DNA of 33,101 nt, from IMG/VR virus record IMGVR_UViG_3300031555_001322; one strand, written 5' to 3'. The stretch comes from a virus. Under the pieces are notes generated by a model. That model was not told where the DNA came from. It worked only from the letters and a program-made list of their open reading frames with translations, and did not search any database. Both the position numbers and the translations under genes were made by a program. Below are positions 26,530-33,101 of the stretch, one piece after another. The first letter of the stretch is position 1. Each line of letters begins with the position of its first letter.

Positions 26530-26937
26530 TTATTTTATAACATTTAATATGTTTTTATTTATACTATTAGCAAGTTCCATAGCTTCTTCTTTATTTGTAA
26601 AACTTTTATGTATTCCTATTGAGTTTGATACATTCCATACTTGTCTTACTTTCACTTTGCTATCTACTATTGTATATTTATCTTCTTCTTTTTTTGTTAA
26701 GAAATACTTGCTTTGTGGTCTTGTTATTTCTATTATGTTGTAATCTAAATCATCAATTTTCATTTCAAACTTTGCTTTTTCCCATTCTTCTTTGGATAGT
26801 TCCATATAATCCACTCTTGCTAGACAATTTACTGTATTTAGTGCAAACATTACACCTTTTTCTTCATCTTTGTATAATGAATAATCTTTATTTAATATTT
26901 CTACTTTTTTATTAAAATCTAAAATGTTATCTTGCAT
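26530..26937 (-). CDS. Hypothetical protein (135 aa)
   Basis: ORF track; overlaps the end of the upstream ORF. Confidence 0.5.
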   Translation of the reverse strand: MQDNILDFNKKVEILNKDYSLYKDEEKGVMFALNTVNCLARVDYMELSKEEWEKAKFEMKIDDLDYNIIEITRPQSKYFLTKKEEDKYTIVDSKVKVRQVWNVSNSIGIHKSFTNKEEAMELANSINKNILNVIK

Positions 26938-27285
26938 TTTTTATTCCTCCATTTTTAACTTGTTCTTTTAATCTTTCATTTATTTCACTTGGTAATAAAT
27001 ATATATCAGGTATTTTATTAGCTTTCTTTAATTCTCGCCAATATTTTCTTTCTTCTTTATCTTTTATTTTTGCTAGTTTTATTGATCTAGACTTAAATAT
27101 AGTATGTAAAGGCTCTTTTTCGGGTATTGAATTAATTTTCATATTAAACTCATCATATCCTAATTTAAGAAAATCTTTAAAACTTATATTTTCATATCTG
27201 CTACAATAAAACGCATATATTTGTTCTAAATCGTAAGGCAAACATATTATTGTTTCTTTACTTCCTTTAGAACTTTTACTTACTG
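26927..27285 (-). CDS. Frameshift extension (putative tail assembly chaperone T-domain)
   Basis: 104-aa ORF has only a TTG start and no well-spaced RBS; its frame is open upstream (VSKSSKGSKETIICLPYDLEQIYAFYCSRYENISFKDFLKLGYDEFNMKI...) into the end of the 137-aa ORF in the +1 frame. Confidence 0.55.
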
Positions 27286-27689
27286 GGAAAGTTCCCGTTT
27301 AGTATATTTCCTAAATCAGTACCAAACTGTGTCATTTCACTTTCAGTTGAAAAACCAATATCCTTCATTAATTCATTAAAATTGGTTTTAAATAATTCTT
27401 CTACTATTTCTATAAATGTATCAGCTTGTGCTTTTTCTATGTAGTTTTTTTCAAGTGCTTCAAAGTTAGAATTATCAATATATGTTTTTCCATCTTTTTT
27501 CGTTTCAACTTCTAATGATTTAATAGTAAGTCCTTCTTTAGCCAAATCAAATATTAATTTATTTTTACCTTTTTCTATCGAACTTTGTAATTTAGTGGCA
27601 ATATCTACTGTGTTGTGAAAGTTGATAACTTTATCTTTATATTTTAATGTATAGTCATCAGGTGCATTTTTAATGAACTCGTATTTCAT
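27276..27689 (-). CDS. Putative tail assembly chaperone (G-like) or other conserved phage protein (137 aa)
   Basis: Ends ...MTQFGTDLGNILNGNFPSK* with TTT CCC AGT before the stop and a +1-frame continuation. Confidence 0.5.
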   Translation of the reverse strand: MKYEFIKNAPDDYTLKYKDKVINFHNTVDIATKLQSSIEKGKNKLIFDLAKEGLTIKSLEVETKKDGKTYIDNSNFEALEKNYIEKAQADTFIEIVEELFKTNFNELMKDIGFSTESEMTQFGTDLGNILNGNFPSK

Positions 27690-27706
27690 AACTTCTCCTT
27701 TATCTT

Positions 27707-27771
27707 AATATAACATATTTTTTTAATTTTGTAAATACCACCAAACTCGCCACTTCAAACTCGTGGTATTT
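27707..27771 (-). promoter_or_regulatory. Promoter plus upstream inverted repeat for the 137-aa gene
   Basis: Minus: TTTACA (27735-27730), 17 bp, TATATT (27712-27707). 9-bp inverted repeat AAATACCAC/GTGGTATTT (27733-27741/27763-27771) with internal direct repeats caaactcg. Confidence 0.65.
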
Positions 27772-27827
27772 GAGTATTTATGAAAGGGGCTGAAAAAATA
27801 AAAAACTAAAAGGATTAACTGTGGCTT

Positions 27828-28115
27828 TTATAAATAACTTTTTCCATATCTTTTTCTAAAATCTTCTTCAGTTTTATTATAGTGTATCATATATACTTCT
27901 TGTCCTAATTGTTTCAACCATAACCATTCTTTAGGAGATAAATGCACTGAATGTTTACCAGTCCTATGATCTTCTGGTGTTAAGAATACCACAAGTCCAT
28001 CTTCTATTGATTTATTTCTATTTCCTGTTCTTCCTTCAAATATTTCGTGGCGTTCTAGTCTACCATATCTTTCAGTTGAATATCTAGCATCACTAGGCAT
28101 TATACATTTCTCCAT
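27828..28115 (-). CDS. Small HNH-like phage protein (DUF968-like)
   Basis: LERHEIFEGRTGNRNKSIEDGLVVFLTPEDHRTGKHSVHL...EEDFRKRYGKSYL pattern. Confidence 0.6.
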   Translation of the reverse strand: MEKCIMPSDARYSTERYGRLERHEIFEGRTGNRNKSIEDGLVVFLTPEDHRTGKHSVHLSPKEWLWLKQLGQEVYMIHYNKTEEDFRKRYGKSYL

Positions 28116-28123
28116 TTTATCCC

Positions 28124-28861
28124 CTACTTTTTAAGCATTTCTATTGCTTTAAGCATATCTTTATATCTTAATTGTGTTTCATTTTCTACTCCAAAGAATT
28201 GATATAAGTTTTCTTTTTTGAACTTCTTATCACTTTCTTCCTTGTCTTTTATTAAGTCTAATAATGTGTGCATATTATTTAATAGTTCTTTTTCAGTTTC
28301 TTTTGTTAGACTTGCAAATCTTGTATTTCCTTTGTTGTCTTTTATTATTAAGTCTGTTATATTTTTTCTATCATCATATCTTATTAAATCCACATTAAAT
28401 CTTGTTTTAGTATCATATTTACCATTTTCTTTTTGAAAAAACTCTGGTTCATAAGTTGGTTCTCCATTTTCATCTAGTTTTTTTGTTTTCTTTCCCATTT
28501 CTTTTTTAGGAAATATTATTATACTTGGAGATGTATATAGTTCTCTACCTATTCCCCAGTTGAAACAAGCTCTTTTAAAACTATCACTTGCTAATCCTTT
28601 TTCAGCTTCACTAAAACTTTCAGTTCCTGTGTCTTCTTTGGATACCCATTGTTCTTTGTCAGTATCCCAAATTGATACTACGCAATTAGCATTATCTCTT
28701 AAATATTTTTTTTGCCAATTCATAGCACCTATCGTTTCATCAAGAATGTTTTGATCCACTCTTGCGTCTTTGTAAAGTAATAATGTTAGCCAATTACTAG
28801 CTATTTGACTTACTCTACAATCAATTTCTTCTGCTTCTAATGTTCTAAACTTTAATTCCAT
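28124..28861 (-). CDS. Rad52-like single-strand annealing protein
   Basis: EIDCRVSQIASNWLTLLLYKDARVDQNILDETIGAMNWQKKY...CVVSIWD...WVSKEDTG...EAEKGLASDSFKRACFNWGIGRELYTSP. Confidence 0.6.
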   Translation of the reverse strand: MELKFRTLEAEEIDCRVSQIASNWLTLLLYKDARVDQNILDETIGAMNWQKKYLRDNANCVVSIWDTDKEQWVSKEDTGTESFSEAEKGLASDSFKRACFNWGIGRELYTSPSIIIFPKKEMGKKTKKLDENGEPTYEPEFFQKENGKYDTKTRFNVDLIRYDDRKNITDLIIKDNKGNTRFASLTKETEKELLNNMHTLLDLIKDKEESDKKFKKENLYQFFGVENETQLRYKDMLKAIEMLKK

Positions 28862-28887
28862 TTTTTTCCTCCCTTATAATTAAAAAT

Positions 28888-28970
28888 AGACTTAACGCAA
28901 CCTACTATTTATTTTAGTGTAGCAATAGGCTAGTAAGTTGCATTAAATCTACTCTTTTTACCTATTGCTA
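28888..28970 (-). ncRNA. Structured 5' leader of the Rad52-like gene
   Basis: 10-bp perfect complement TAGCAATAGG (28970-28961)/CCTATTGCTA (28929-28920), interleaved with a 20-bp stem AGATTTAATGCAACTTACTA (28950-28931)/TAGTAGGTTGCGTTAAGTCT (28907-28888) with three G-U pairs. Confidence 0.7.
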
Positions 28971-28975
28971 TATAT

Positions 28976-29004
28976 AATATATCATATTTTTACTAATTTT
29001 TCAA
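28976..29004 (-). promoter_or_regulatory. Promoter of the Rad52-like gene
   Basis: Minus: TTGAAA (29004-28999), 17 bp, TATATT (28981-28976); predicted +1 ~28969, at the 5' edge of the structured leader. Confidence 0.7.
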
Positions 29005-29190
29005 TATTAATTTTAGTTTTTCTTTATTTAATTTTTTACATTCTTGTCTAACATCTCTTATTTGTTTTTTTAAATCATCGTTAGTTTTTCTAGTTATATA
29101 ATCATCATATACTACAATACCTAACATAATTAACATTATTGATATTAATGGTATTAATAATAATATTTTATTATCTTTCATATTTGTCAT
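28993..29190 (-). CDS. Small membrane-anchored coiled-coil protein (65 aa)
   Basis: TM segment ILLLIPLISIMLIMLGIVVYDD, then a charged helix. Confidence 0.5.
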   Translation of the reverse strand: MTNMKDNKILLLIPLISIMLIMLGIVVYDDYITRKTNDDLKKQIRDVRQECKKLNKEKLKLILKN

Positions 29191-29192
29191 AT

Positions 29193-29357
29193 CTATTTAA
29201 TCTCCTTTTTAAAGCCTACTGATATATTCCCACAAGTTTCACATTCTAATACTTGTATATCTTTATTATCATATATTTCTTGATAATCGTGTCCTGATAT
29301 AATATTAAAATTAACTATACTTCTATATATTTTTTTTATAAAACATATTATTTTCAT
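29193..29357 (-). CDS. Small Cys-pair protein (54 aa)
   Basis: MKIICFIKKIYRSIVNFNIISGHDYQEIYDNKDIQVLECETCGNISVGFKKEIK*; not in the ORF track. Confidence 0.45.
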   Translation of the reverse strand: MKIICFIKKIYRSIVNFNIISGHDYQEIYDNKDIQVLECETCGNISVGFKKEIK

Positions 29358-29365
29358 AACCTAAT

Positions 29366-29533
29366 TTACTTCACCTTTTTCTTTGTCTTTGATGGCTCTT
29401 TTATTGTTCTAAATAGTTCATCTGTTAATTTAGTTTGTTCTTGTAATAGCATTTCTTCTTTTTTATGAACTTCTTTTAGTTCACAAGCTACTATTGATAA
29501 TAATTTTATTAATTGTAATTGTCTTTTAGTCAT
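29366..29533 (-). CDS. Small coiled-coil protein (55 aa)
   Basis: MTKRQLQLIKLLSIVACELKEVHKKEEMLLQEQTKLTDELFRTIKEPSKTKKKVK*. Confidence 0.45.
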   Translation of the reverse strand: MTKRQLQLIKLLSIVACELKEVHKKEEMLLQEQTKLTDELFRTIKEPSKTKKKVK

Positions 29534-29786
29534 TGTCTTTACCTTCTTTCAATTCTTTTATTCTATTTAAAATTGCTAAATCTTCTAGTGCTGATGTTCT
29601 TAATTCTATGTGTTCTACATCTTTATATTCTTCATAGCACTCTTTTAATTCTTTTTCTAATTCATCTATTATATTATTTAATTTTGTTATTTTTTCTTGT
29701 AATACTTCATTTTCTCCTCTTGCTCTATCTCTTTCTACCATATATCTTATACATTTATTTTCTAGTTCTTTTATTTTATCTTTCAT
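29526..29786 (-). CDS. Coiled-coil protein, possible paralogue of the next gene
   Basis: KLNNIIDELEKEL ... ILNRIKELKEGKD. Confidence 0.5.
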   Translation of the reverse strand: MKDKIKELENKCIRYMVERDRARGENEVLQEKITKLNNIIDELEKELKECYEEYKDVEHIELRTSALEDLAILNRIKELKEGKDND

Positions 29787-30073
29787 TATTTACCTTCTTT
29801 CAATTCTTTTATATAATCTAGTATTTGTTCTTTTACATCTTCATCTGAATTATATTCATCATAACCACATTCTACATATTCATAATATCCTTCTATTTTG
29901 TCATAATGTTTTATATAACTTTCTAATTCATTTATGATATTATTTAATCTTTCTATTTCTTTATCTTTTTCTTCTAATTGTTCTTCTAATGTTTCTTTAT
30001 ATTCATTGTATGTTTCACCTGATACAATTACCTTTACTCCACATATTTCTCTTTCTTTAGTCATTATCATCAC
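29786..30073 (-). CDS. Coiled-coil protein
   Basis: RLNNIINELESYI ... ILDYIKELKEGK. Confidence 0.5.
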   Translation of the reverse strand: MMIMTKEREICGVKVIVSGETYNEYKETLEEQLEEKDKEIERLNNIINELESYIKHYDKIEGYYEYVECGYDEYNSDEDVKEQILDYIKELKEGK

Positions 30074-30434
30074 CTACTAATCTAAATCCTTTTTCTGGTG
30101 TGTATCTGTATAAGTTTTCTGGTGTATTATCTTCTCCTTGTAATATGTTTAATAAATCTTTTTTACACATATAACTTCCATCAAAATAAACTCCGTTAGT
30201 TACATATTCTATTGCTTTTTCATTTCTTGATTTGTACTCTTCATATTGTTTGAATAATGAAAAATTGCTAACTGATATATCTTCTCTATCTTCTTTTAAT
30301 CTTTTATTTTCTTCTTGTAAATTAGTTATGTAATCTAATAATTTTTTTGTTTCATTTAAAGTTATACATTTAATATTTCTTGTATTTTCTTTCTTTTTTA
30401 AATATTTTAATATTTCTTTTATTTCATCTTTCAT
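30057..30434 (-). CDS. Coiled-coil hypothetical protein (125 aa)
   Basis: ORF track. Confidence 0.5.
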   Translation of the reverse strand: MKDEIKEILKYLKKKENTRNIKCITLNETKKLLDYITNLQEENKRLKEDREDISVSNFSLFKQYEEYKSRNEKAIEYVTNGVYFDGSYMCKKDLLNILQGEDNTPENLYRYTPEKGFRLVGDDND

Positions 30435-30446
30435 TATTACTCACCT

Positions 30447-30602
30447 CTAATCATTAAAATATTCACATATTACTAGCCATAATGCCGTCCATATCATTCC
30501 TGCTATAAAACTTATAAAATTATATTGTCCTATTTTTGTCAAAAGCCTAAAAATACCTAATATTAACAAAAAGCATATAACTATTTTTAATAATATTTTC
30601 AT
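30447..30602 (-). CDS. Small membrane protein (51 aa)
   Basis: MKILLKIVICFLLILGIFRLLTKIGQYNFISFIAGMIWTALWLVICEYFND*. Confidence 0.45.
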   Translation of the reverse strand: MKILLKIVICFLLILGIFRLLTKIGQYNFISFIAGMIWTALWLVICEYFND

Positions 30603-30604
30603 TA

Positions 30605-30799
30605 TTACTTACCTTTGCTCTTTCTTTTAATAAACCATATAATAAGTTCTATTGGTAATAAAATAACATCTAAACAAACAATGATAGCACAAATAGGTAT
30701 TATAATAAATATAAATACTAAAAAGCCAAAACCAACACCATCAAAATTAAGATTATCTGTTTCTTTATCAATAAATTTTGTAACCATATCGTATAACAT
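30605..30799 (-). CDS. Small membrane protein (64 aa)
   Basis: VGFGFLVFIFIIIPICAIIVCLDVILLPIELIIWFI. Confidence 0.5.
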   Translation of the reverse strand: MLYDMVTKFIDKETDNLNFDGVGFGFLVFIFIIIPICAIIVCLDVILLPIELIIWFIKRKSKGK

Positions 30800-30802
30800 T
30801 TA

Positions 30803-31189
30803 TTACTCACCTACTTTATATTGCATTGCTTCAAATTGCTCACGAGTGACTATTGATTTAATATCTTTTGTAGGTATCATAAGCCACTTTCCTATTTCTT
30901 TATTTTCACAATAATCACAATAACAATGTAAATCTTTATCATCATATCTTGTTCCTGCTATCATTGTTACTTTTGTTCCATTAACATAATCTCCAACTTC
31001 TATTAAATCTATTATGTTTGGACTTGATTTGATAACTTGTTCGCTTTTTATACTTTGCATATATTTTGCTGATATATCTGTTATATATCTTTCAGTCAAA
31101 TCATCTGTTCTTTCTTTAGGTACTATTTCAATTATTTTTTCTATTGACCCTCCTAAATAATAAGTTCTTACATAATCTCCTACATTCAT
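30803..31189 (-). CDS. Phage hypothetical protein (128 aa)
   Basis: ORF track; CYCDYCENKEIGKWLMIPTKDIKSIVTREQFEAMQYKV. Confidence 0.5.
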   Translation of the reverse strand: MNVGDYVRTYYLGGSIEKIIEIVPKERTDDLTERYITDISAKYMQSIKSEQVIKSSPNIIDLIEVGDYVNGTKVTMIAGTRYDDKDLHCYCDYCENKEIGKWLMIPTKDIKSIVTREQFEAMQYKVGE

Positions 31190-31191
31190 TA

Positions 31192-31449
31192 TTACTCGCC
31201 TTTGCTTTCTAAATCATCTATATTAAATGTCATATATCGATAATGTCTTAAAACAATTACATTTTTAGTTTTAGAATTATAACTATCAATTTCGTTTAAC
31301 AATGTTCTATACAACTTTAATTTTTCATTAGTTGTTTCTTTTTTAAATAAACATTTTTCTTTTTTGGATAATCTTTTTTCACTTTTAGTTATTAACCAAT
31401 TTATTATCTTTATCATACTTATTCTCCTTTGCTTTTTAAATCTAACCAT
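31192..31449 (-). CDS. Hypothetical protein (85 aa)
   Basis: ORF track. Confidence 0.4.
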   Translation of the reverse strand: MVRFKKQRRISMIKIINWLITKSEKRLSKKEKCLFKKETTNEKLKLYRTLLNEIDSYNSKTKNVIVLRHYRYMTFNIDDLESKGE

Positions 31450-31535
31450 TTTTTAAATAGAATAAAACCTAATGGCGTAAATATAAATGTTATTATCAAA
31501 AACATACTTATAATACCAAGAATAAAATTTTTCAT
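31419..31535 (-). CDS. Small membrane protein (38 aa)
   Basis: MKNFILGIISMFLIITFIFTPLGFILFKKWLDLKSKGE*; GGAG RBS. Confidence 0.4.
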   Translation of the reverse strand: MKNFILGIISMFLIITFIFTPLGFILFKKWLDLKSKGE

Positions 31536-31549
31536 ATTATTCTCCTTTG

Positions 31550-31750
31550 CTATTCTTCATTTAATTTAATTATATTTATAACTTTATATTCACATTTATT
31601 ATATGCTTCTTCTTTATTGTTTGCTTCAACTATTGTTGTTTTTATTTCATTGTATGTTACTGTATCTTCTTCTTTACCGTCCCAACCATATTTTACTACT
31701 TTAATGTAATAATCAGTTGGTTCTAAATATACTATTAAATATTTATTCAT
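31550..31750 (-). CDS. Hypothetical protein (66 aa)
   Basis: ORF track. Confidence 0.45.
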   Translation of the reverse strand: MNKYLIVYLEPTDYYIKVVKYGWDGKEEDTVTYNEIKTTIVEANNKEEAYNKCEYKVINIIKLNEE

Positions 31751-31753
31751 ATC

Positions 31754-32119
31754 TTATTCATCTCCTTTGCTTTTAAGATAATCTATTATTTCATTGATTT
31801 TATCAAAAAACATTTCAGTATTAAAATCTATGTATTTTGAATTATCTTTAAATGTAGTTGAACTATCTAAATTAACAGGCTCTATTCCGTACCAAGTATT
31901 TAATTTTTCAGGTATTTTCTTTTCTTCTTCTAGGATTTCTACTTTATCATCTAATATTTGTGTTATCTCTTCATCAAATAAATAATTATGATTGTCTATA
32001 AAAAAATATGTATAATTCTTTTCATCATAATCATATTCGTAAATAATATCATCATATTTAATCTTTTTTGGTACTTCTTCACCATTTGCTATTTTATTTA
32101 ATAAATCTATTATTTTCAT
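31754..32119 (-). CDS. Hypothetical protein (121 aa)
   Basis: MKIIDLLNKIANGEEVPKKIKYDDIIYEYD is a recurrent phage N-terminus. Confidence 0.55.
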   Translation of the reverse strand: MKIIDLLNKIANGEEVPKKIKYDDIIYEYDYDEKNYTYFFIDNHNYLFDEEITQILDDKVEILEEEKKIPEKLNTWYGIEPVNLDSSTTFKDNSKYIDFNTEMFFDKINEIIDYLKSKGDE

Positions 32120-32122
32120 ATT

Positions 32123-32614
32123 TTACCTCCCATATCTTAATATTTCTATATTTACATATTGTATTCCTAATTGACTTGATTTTACCTCGCTTTCAGTTAG
32201 TAAGTCTATTACTCCATTACCTACGCCTCTATCAAGCACTATTGCTGTTATGGTATTTCCAAAGTAATTATGTATTTTTATTATTGAATACATTGGCATT
32301 GATTTGCTCATAGCTACAATTCTTACATTTCCATATTGATTGTCATTATAATAAATACTGCTTCTTACATCTACACCACTAGCTGTTATTCCACTACAAG
32401 CACCACAATCTGCACCATAATGTGTTAGTTTATAACTACCATTACTTTGTCTAGGTTGTTTTCTTATAACTGGTTTAGGCTTTTCTTTTACTAAACTACT
32501 TCCATTCATTGATAGTGTTATAGGTTTATATTTTATTATTGTTTTATTTATTGATAGACACATTATTGTTATCAATACCATTTCCCCTATTATTATTTTT
32601 TTAATTAATTTCAT
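32123..32614 (-). CDS. 3D-domain (double-psi beta-barrel) cell-wall-associated protein
   Basis: LTHYGADCGACSGITASGVDVRSSIYY....RIVAMSKSMPMYSIIKIHN....AIVLDRGVGNGVIDLLTES with N-terminal TM/signal. Confidence 0.8.
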   Translation of the reverse strand: MKLIKKIIIGEMVLITIMCLSINKTIIKYKPITLSMNGSSLVKEKPKPVIRKQPRQSNGSYKLTHYGADCGACSGITASGVDVRSSIYYNDNQYGNVRIVAMSKSMPMYSIIKIHNYFGNTITAIVLDRGVGNGVIDLLTESEVKSSQLGIQYVNIEILRYGR

Positions 32615-32623
32615 ATTATTCTC

Positions 32624-32800
32624 CTAATAATCTACTACTGGTGCTATTCTACAAAATATATCTTCATTTATTTCTATACAATCAGCTACTTCGTGATATT
32701 CTAAATCTTTTGGTTTAGTTTGTTCATATATTTTACCTAACATAATGATCATTAGTATTATTGATATTATTATTACTATTTCTATTAAATATTTTTTCAT
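32624..32800 (-). CDS. Small membrane protein (58 aa)
   Basis: MKKYLIEIVIIISIILMIIMLGKIYEQTKPKDLEYHEVADCIEINEDIFCRIAPVVDY*. Confidence 0.5.
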   Translation of the reverse strand: MKKYLIEIVIIISIILMIIMLGKIYEQTKPKDLEYHEVADCIEINEDIFCRIAPVVDY

Positions 32801-32802
32801 AA

Positions 32803-33101
32803 TTATTTACCTCCTATATTATGAATATTATTTTCTATTTCTTCTAATAAATTATCAAACTCTTGTATGTCTTCTTCTGTCATTTCTTCATTTTTAAGTT
32901 CTTTATTAAACCATTCTGGATTATGTTCTTTTAATGGATAAAAGTCTTTCCATTTACCGTTGATAGCATTTTCTATAACCATTATTTTTTCTCCATCATT
33001 TAATCCATATTCATTTAATTTATTTATTAATCTTTTAACTACTGTTTCATTTACTACATATTTATTTTTTATTCTTATATCTTAATATTCTTCTAATAAT
33101 T
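32803..33101 (-). CDS. C-terminal part of the same replication-initiator-like protein
   Basis: Minus frame ...NKLNEYGLNDGEKIMVIENAINGKWKDFYPLKEHNPEWFNKELKNEEMTEDIQEFDNLLEEIENNIHNIGGK*. The IENAI..GWKxFYPL-like segment is typical of replication proteins of this type. Confidence 0.72.
32957..33101. repeat. Right copy of ~145-bp terminal direct repeat
   Basis: Matches 1-145; the single mismatch turns TAT TTA GAT into TAT TAA GAT in the spanning minus-strand gene, which suggests an end-of-contig error. Confidence 0.93.

Noticed and set aside
26527-26542. Extended -10 promoter (TGTTATAAA) before RNA copy B
   Set aside because: No recognisable -35 at the right distance and it lies in very AT-rich coding sequence; too weak to list as a feature.

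Overview
This window looks like a complete or near-complete genome of an AT-rich siphovirus-like phage, probably of a Firmicutes host. About 145 bp at the start recurs at the end (1-145 ~ 32957-33101), so the contig is circular or terminally redundant and the linear start is arbitrary. It cuts through a replication-initiator-like gene. All convincing genes are on the minus strand. Reading that strand, and around the circle: a consensus promoter with paired operators at ~4.45 kb leads into the early region (LexA-like HTH, SSB, AbrB-like, PD-(D/E)XK-like nuclease, replication initiator, 3D-domain protein, many small proteins, Rad52-like annealase, HNH-like protein). Next come a putative tail-assembly-chaperone pair and a GT2/GT4/methyltransferase cassette. 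These are followed by metallophosphoesterase, TerS, RusA-like, TerL, portal, head, scaffold, capsid, tail, tape measure and baseplate/fibre genes, then holin and an M23-type endolysin, ending at an intrinsic terminator at ~4.53 kb. No integrase or CI-type repressor was recognised. The most interesting signals are non-coding: (i) two copies, at 16.9-17.03 kb and 26.42-26.52 kb, of a structured RNA element with the same pseudoknot-like topology and compensatory differences; (ii) a promoter plus long inverted-repeat leader ahead of the Rad52-like gene; (iii) a promoter, ~70-nt leader and intrinsic terminator ahead of the portal operon; (iv) a probable +1 frameshift gene pair at 27.28 kb that looks like tail assembly chaperones displaced ~13 kb from the tape-measure gene. 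All calls come from reading the sequence; no database search or folding software was used.
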